Made by a program: the position numbers and the translations under genes. A DNA stretch of 64,000 bases from Raillietiella orientalis (Eukaryota). Shown piece by piece: positions 57,439 to 64,000 of the stretch (positions within the stretch are counted from its first letter, which is position 1; each line of letters starts with the position of its first letter). The stretch spans positions 62,001 through 126,000 of the forward strand of contig JAYWIR010000049.1 in assembly GCA_036172245.1 (NCBI GenBank), read 5' to 3'. The notes under the pieces were generated by a model. The model was given only the letters and a program-made list of their open reading frames with translations, had not been told where the DNA came from and made no database searches.

Positions 57439-60400
57439 TCACCCGGGTGCGCCGGGGCGTTTATTATGAACTATCCGGGAACAGGGTTCCCGGACAAAGG
57501 GGAAAACAAGAGACGAAGGGGGTGGGATCCCCGACACGCAGGTCGGTATGCCGAAAGTCCGGAACTGGAGGGAAGGGACCACAAACACACTACTATATAA
57601 AAACAATAAAAGAAGAATATGGAGGGCAGGGGACAGGGGTCTTTGGTAAATCCGTTCCTTCCTTTCAAAACCGGCGATGGATGGCGGCGATCTCTCTCCT
57701 TACGCCCTGTGGCGGATGGGCCCACTGGGCAGCCGACAACATGTTTGCGCTGGCTAATCCAGTGGGCTGACGAAGGATGGCCAGCTTCTCCAACTTTCGG
57801 TGGGCCTTGTCGATGGCGCGGGTGCAACACACGGTTGCAACGACAGCACCCAATGACAGGCCGCCTGGCGTGAAGAAGCGTCGCATCAACTCCCTCGCGG
57901 TGTCCCCCTGGTGCAGGAGAGCTGAGGACAGCCTTCGCCAGAGTCCTAGAAGGGCACCGCAGTCCAGGAGCAGGTGCGGGAGCGTTTCCACTTCCCCGCA
58001 CCGCTTACAGTTTGGGGAGACGACTCCCCCGGAAACAAGGTTCGTGCGCTGGTTGGAGTGAAAACCCCAATGCACCAGCATGATGACGTCCTGCTTCCAC
58101 GAAAGAGGGAACACGGAAGTGTTCAAACAGGAGGGAGGGACCACAAGTTCTGTGGGGTGCACACTCAAGTGTTCACTCCACCGAAGGAGTCCCTTCGAGA
58201 TGTGGCGAGGCGTGGCGGCGTCTGCCAGCTCGCAAGTCCTCCAGCCGCCAATAGGTCGTGTTGTTCATGCAATGGTGCAGGCGACCTCCCATCTCGCCGG
58301 TTTGCAGCTGTCATCTCTTGCCCTGAGGGCTGACAGCGCGTCGGCGAGGGGCGTGACGGCCAGGCGAGTCCACTTCTCCTGGCTGTTGCACACCTCATAC
58401 ACCGTGCAGTACGGGGAGAGGTGAGCGCAACGGAGTTCCAGGAGGGAAACATCCTGGTGCTTTGCCTAACCATGCAACGGTTCCTGCCGCCAGGCTTGAA
58501 AGTTCGTTGGGCGGCAGGAGATCCATTCCTGGGCTTCCAGGAGCCGATACAGCGGTTTCAAGGGGAAACCGAAGCTTCTCGTGGCGCGCTCCGTGTGCGG
58601 CCGCAGCGACAGAAGTCCATCGCTGCCTGTGCAGCGCCGCAGAAGCAGGCGCGCGGGAGCGCACCACGGTGTGGACCAAAGGTTGGCGCACAGGGCCAAC
58701 ATCCGAAGCTGCACCTGCAGCTCGATTCTCTCCAGCGTCAGGATGCCTAAGCCTGCATCCCGACGCGGAGCCGCCAAGTCTTTGAGGCGGATCCTGGACC
58801 TCGCAGGTCCCCACAGAGCGTTCCTCAACAGGCTGTGCGCCTGGAGCTTGGCCGAGTAGGGGGGCGGGCAAACAAAAAGCAGGGGGCGCAAGAGAGGGGC
58901 AACGAAGGTGTTCCATATCGTGGCCCGCCCCGGCAGGACGAACCTGCCATGGTGGAACGGGCTCAGGGCATTCGAAGCCTTCCGAAGGCAGTCCGACCAC
59001 ACTTCCACTGGGCTGATGTTCCCCAGCGGAACGCCCAGATATTGCACGGAGGAAGCTGTCGGGATCCCCAGGCGGATCCAGTCGGACTGCCCCTCCCACG
59101 CCGCACCAATAGGTACGACCACGCTCTTGCTCCAGTTTACGCTCATGCCCGCTCCCCGGCGAATCAGCTCGAAGAAATCCTCGAGACTGGATGCCAGGGT
59201 GGTCATGGGTAAGAGGAGAAGCAGGTCGTCAGCATAGGCCGCCACGGACGGCGTTCCTGGACAAGAGCTCGGCAGGTTGGCCAGCGTCAGCCTGTACGCC
59301 CTCAGCACCAACTCAAAGAAGATGCTGAAGAGCAACGGGCTTAAGCTGTTGCCCTGCCTGATGCCCCGCCGCACCGGCACGCTGTACACGTGGCAGCCGC
59401 TAAAAGAGATAAAAATGAGCGCGTGGCGCCAGCAAGCGCGCAAATACGCCACGAGGTGCACCGGGAGACCGAGGCGTTCCAGGAGCTCCAGGAGGAGATC
59501 CTGATTTACGCAATCGAACGCCTTGCGGAGATCGACCGCGACCGCCAAGACACCCGGCGCTTCCCCAGGCCGAAAGCAGCGACGCCTAGCCTCGGCAGCC
59601 GCAGACGGGGTCGCTTGGCTGTCGTGAGCCACGCAGCGTTGCAGCTCGAGCCACGTGCGCGCGAAGAACAGGTTCGCCTCCATGGACCGCCCGGGAACAG
59701 CGTAAGACTGCTCCGGACTTACCACGGATCCAGCGATCCTGCCCAGGCGCGCGACCCACAGCCTGGAGAACAACTTGACGTCCGCATTCACCAAGGTGAT
59801 GGGACGCCAGTTGCTTAAATGGCGCATGTCTCCGCCTTTCGGCAACAAACGCACCCTTGCTGAGCGAAACGAGGCCGGGACATTGCCCGTCTCTCGCATC
59901 AGCGCAGAAAGCCTCAGCACCAGGGGGATGAGTTCCGCCGCGAAGCACTGGAAGAACTCCGCAGGCAGACCATCCTCACCTGGCGCCTTGCGCTTCTTGA
60001 GGCCCGCTATGGCGGAAGACACTTCTTCCGCCGTGAAGGGCAAGTCAAGAGTGGCGCGTTCCTTCTCGTCGACCGCCGGGGAATCCGCCGGCAGAAGCAG
60101 CTCCGAGAGACTGCGTTCCGTTGGCTCCCTAGCGTACAACAAGGAGTAATAGCGCTTTAGGAGGCGGCGAACTTCGGCCGCGCCCGAGCACTCCAGGCCC
60201 TGGTCGTCGAGCAGACAAGCTGCTCCTGACTGCCAGACCTGGCGTTCGGCCTTGGCCTTGTACTCCGCAAGGTACCGGACGTCCGGGCTTCGAAAGAATT
60301 GGCGGGCCTGCAGAAACTCTCTGCTGTTGGCCACGCCTTCCCCGAAGCCACGGGGAACCAGGCGCAAGGGGAACCGGCTGCAGAACTCGCGGACCGATCT

Positions 60401-62601
60401 TTTCAGATCGTCCCAGACCACGAGCTCTCGAACGGCAAAGGTCCGGAGATGCTAGCGGAGATGCTCCGCAGCCACCGGATTTCTCAACCAGTCGGCCGGC
60501 AACCTCCAGACGTGCGTCGGAGGGCCCTTGCCAGGCGGGAGTAGCTCAAACTCCAGCCTGTAGTGGTCGGAAAGCTCGGACGGCACGGGACCTCTTCGAC
60601 CCACCCGACAATGCAGGTGATCGTCGAGGAACACATGGTCCGGCAAAGCACGCATTCCGGGATCCTCGACCAGCAAATTCGAGGCGTGCACCGACGTGCA
60701 CACCTCGTTCACCAGCTGTTTCTCTTGGCGACGGTGAGACTCCTCCGATAGCGCGTGGACGTCCAAGTCCCCGTCTACGAGGTGAGCCACGTCGGGGCCG
60801 GAGTTGCTGACCCAGCGGTCGCGCAGTCTCTCGTGAAACTCCGCTTTCTCGGTGTGACGCGCGGAGCCGCTCGGCGCGTACACGTTCGTGACGACAAGGT
60901 TGATCGATTCGGACCACTTGAGAACAAGTTGGCCCACACGACCTTCCTCGTCGAAACAAACGCTCCGCACCGCTCCCGCCACCCTGCCCCGGACAAGGAA
61001 TGTGACTCCGCAGGTATTCTGGGAGCCTGACCTCCAATGGAGCGTCCCGCCTTCGCGAACTAGCAGATCGGCCGCTTGCTGCTCGGAGAGTGCGTGAATC
61101 TCCTGCAGCAGGGCCAGATCGAAGTCGCGCAAGACGTTGGCAACCAATCGCCTCTTCTCGTTGTCCTGCAGCCCCTTGACGTTCCAACAGGCCACTCGGA
61201 CGCGCCGGGAAGAAGCAAGACCGCGCATTGCTGCTACGGACATGGAGGTGCGTTCCTCGCCCCGTCCGGCGAGGTATCAGTCGGGAGCACGGGGGATGAG
61301 GTAGCGCATGCGCTTCCTGTCCCCGCCGCGCCGCTCGCGGCATGCTCGGTGGAGTCGAGGACCTTTGCCTCGGGTTCCGAGGAGCATCGGGAACCGTTCC
61401 CGGCATCAGGCTCTTGCCTGGCAAGTTTTGGCTTGCGCGTCGCCCTGGCCTTGACCGGGGCTTGGCGAGCCTTAGCGCTGCCCTCGGACTCCACCTCGGA
61501 GTCCGAATTGCGCGCGCGCGGCGGCGGGCGTTTCGGCTGCCTCTTTGTTTGCTGGCAGCCCGGAGCTGGTCCAGCACTCTTAGAGGGTGCCTTCGTCGCC
61601 GATCCCCCTTTCGGGGTCACGGCTTCGGCAGCTCCCCTCTCGCCGCGGGTGTTTGCGGCGGCGCGCGCGGCGGCAGCAGAGGCTTTTCCTTGCGCCTTTG
61701 TGGGCGCGCGGGGTTGCCTCTATACCCCGCCTTCCTTTTGGATCGGGAAGTTGGAAGGATCGCGCGGTTTGCGATCCTTCTTTCCCCCGACGAAGGTCCA
61801 GCCATCCTCGCCGCCTTCCTGTTTGCCCCGGTAGGGCGCGAGGGCTTCCAGGGTCCTTCGCATCCTTTCCAAGGCCTCGGATACGGCGATGGAGGCCAGT
61901 GTCTCCTTCGCCACGTCTGCCTTCTGCACCTCCTTACCGGGAGGTGCGGGCACAGTGGCGGGATTCTCGGGTGTCGCGCGAGGCTTTTCAGCCTTTGCTG
62001 GCGTTCGGCCCGGCGTGGCCGGCTTGCCTGTCGCGGGCAAAGGGGCGCGCGACCCCTTTTTCGACGCTCCGGTGGTCTTCCCGGGCGTGCCACCGCTATT
62101 TCGCTCCGGAGCGAGAGCAAACGGAAGCGGCGGTGGTTTTGCAGCCTGCCCGATGTTATCGGCGGGCTGGGTCGCTCGGGACTTCACTGAAGCAGCCTGG
62201 AGAAGCTTCTTGTCCTTTCGCGCGGGTTTTTGTGGTGCATTGCTCCGAGAATCGCCCGCGCAAGCGGACTTTTCACTTCTCCGCTGAGAATGCTCGTTCG
62301 CGCCTGATTTCTTCCCCGACGACGGGGCGGATGGAGTCGGCGCGGACGGCGCTGTTGCGGGAAGGTTTCTCGCCCTCCTCTTTCGTTTCAGCTCAGCGCA
62401 CTCGTTAATCGAGAGGCCGAGCAGCTTATAGTATCGGCAACTGCGTGTTGGTTACTTCCGCGGACGGTGGCCCTCCTTCCCGCAGTTGCCGCAAGCGGCT
62501 GTTTGCCCTGCAGACCGGAGATAGACGACGACGTCACCGAGGAGGATCTGCGAAGGCATGAGCCTCCGGTCGTCCATGGTTACGCGCGCCGTCGCAATTC
62601 A
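57439..62601 (-). mobile_element. Lineage-E element E3: ORF1 C-part, whole ORF2 (61243-57665) and 3' terminus
   Basis: Homolog of E1 and E2; CKRCGEVETLPHLLLDC; terminus at 57439-57465. Confidence 0.9.
57665..61243 (-). pseudogene. E3 ORF2, the least decayed pol in the window (EN 60452-61243; 651-aa open RT stretch 58466-60421)
   Basis: WNVKG, LQEIH, NVYAP, SDH; NWRPIT, DLRKAFD, QGNSLSP, YADD, YLG; in-frame stops at 60452 and 58466. Confidence 0.9.
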
Positions 62602-64000
62602 CACCCGGATGTGCCGGGGCATTTAATTCTTGGAAATGAAAATACATGAAATATCGCGTGGCGAACTCGAAGGTTCACCACTCCAAAACAGCTTGCTGGT
62701 TACCGGCTCCATGCCGGAGAGGTCCTTCCGATGCGCGGGGATGCGAAATAAATAAAAACAAAAAGCTCAAATGTAAGGGGAGGGGAACAAATGTTGCAGG
62801 GTGGGAGGGCGGGAAAGGGATCACAGTGCGCGCGGAAAGGTACTCTAGATCCTGTTCAGGATCCGCACAAGCTAAGTCCTTTCAGCGCCTTAGTGGCGCC
62901 ACTTGCAGACATTGCGCGCGAAAAGGCGAGTCCAGTGTAAGGCGTTGCCGGTTGGCTGACGCCTCCTTCTGGTGGCTTTCGAAGCCGCCACTATTCCTCT
63001 GATGCAACAGAGGACTGCTACACTAGCGGGCGGGGACAAGGCTTCACTACAGAAGAGGCGCCTTAAAACGTCCTTTAGACAGCATCCGCGCAAGTCCAGG
63101 ATCGCCGCGAAACGATCCCACAAAGGGCGGACGACTCTGCACTCCAGGAGAAGGTGGGGGAATGTTTCTGTTCCCCCACACCGGTCACAATTAGGATCCA
63201 CAGCCCCCGGGTGGTGTGGTGCAGGCGTGCTTTGAATGGTTATCCCCAGAGGACCACAAGCAACGCCACATCCTGCCACTTCAGGGCTAGGGATCCACTG
63301 TTCCAGGACGCTGGGGGCCACTACATCTCCTCCGGAGAAAGTCCGAGTAGCTCTCCCCAGGGTCGAATTCCGTTGAGCGGGACACTCGGAGTAGCAGCAT
63401 CCGCTAGCTGCCGAGATGTCAACGCCTTTATCGATTGTGTCCTGCCGCCTATGGTGCAGGACACGGTCCATTTCCCCTGCTCGCTACTGTCCCTGGCATT
63501 CACAAGGAAGGGCAGCACTGGGGCGAGGGGGGTTATCAAGGCCCACAGAAGCTTGTCGTGAGACTGCACGATCTCCTGCAGCGTCCAGCGGGCGTGCCTT
63601 TTCATACAAGTGTTCCTTGTGCCCGCCGGAACGTGGATCTTTTCCCAGGTGGAGACTGACTTGTGCAACCAGGCGGAGTAGCTCCCTGGGAGGCAGGAGA
63701 TCGAGGCGTTGTCCAGAACCGCAACGAAGATGCGTCGCAGCATAGACCCACAGTATGGTCTCCTGCAGACGCGCCCAGACAGAAACGACAAAAGTCCGCT
63801 GATTGCGCAGGCTCGTTGGGCCAGGAGGCGTGCTGGAACGCACCAAGGCGTGTCCCACAATTCCGCCGCAAGGGCGAGAGTCCTGAATCCAAGTTGTAGT
63901 TCCATGCGCTCCAGAGTAAGTACGCCAAGTCCACCGTCCTTACGTGGAGCGCACAAGTCTTTGAGCCTCACACGGGACCTCCCTTTGCCCCAAAGGACTG
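62602..64000 (-). mobile_element. Lineage-D element D2, 3' part, runs off the window
   Basis: Reverse complement of 16930-18331; terminus at 62602-62628. Confidence 0.88.

Noticed and set aside
58466..60421. RT as a group II intron, retron or DGR enzyme
   Set aside because: It is fused to an APE endonuclease and a CCHC tail, downstream of a zinc-knuckle ORF1, which is the eukaryotic L1/Tx1 layout.
631..62628. Recurrent ~28-nt hairpin as a CRISPR repeat or attC-like site
   Set aside because: The copies are kilobases apart, on both strands, and always at retroelement 3' ends. There is no array and no cas or integrase gene.
1..64000. Misassembly of collapsed repeats
   Set aside because: Copies are diverged with private lesions, and the junctions show precise termini and target-site duplications. 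Long-read confirmation is still advisable.
1..64000. Host organism assignment
   Set aside because: No host gene is present. The DPE-like motif only weakly hints at an animal.

Overview
All 64 kb of this GC-rich window is a nested pile of eukaryotic L1/Tx1-type non-LTR retrotransposons, and I see no host gene or unique spacer DNA. ORF1 is gag-like with two CX2CX4HX4C knuckles; ORF2 carries an APE endonuclease, an RT with YADD and a C-terminal CCHC. About 24 pieces fall into roughly 8 lineages, which I label A, B, C, D, E, G, I and J by eye. Most ORFs are pseudogenised. Nearly every breakpoint is a true element terminus sitting at a lineage-specific conserved coding motif of another element. 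A inserts antisense at RT DLxKAFD, B antisense at linker QFP..RLPxGFG, C antisense at RT DAKL, E antisense at EN GGRL, I antisense at SGAxEV|RR, J antisense at GVTLxNL, G sense at EN GDFN, and D sense at ORF1 ATARVT. Every intact 5' end has a GGACGTG motif (DPE-like). Every intact 3' end has no poly(A) and instead reads AATAAA-CCCGG-loop-CCGGG, followed by target-like sequence that looks element-carried in lineage A. A three-level nest, B[G[A]], with target-site duplications spans 24152-41235. The candidate novel system is a community of sequence-specific retrotransposons that target and destroy one another. Boundaries were read by eye and are accurate to within a few nt.
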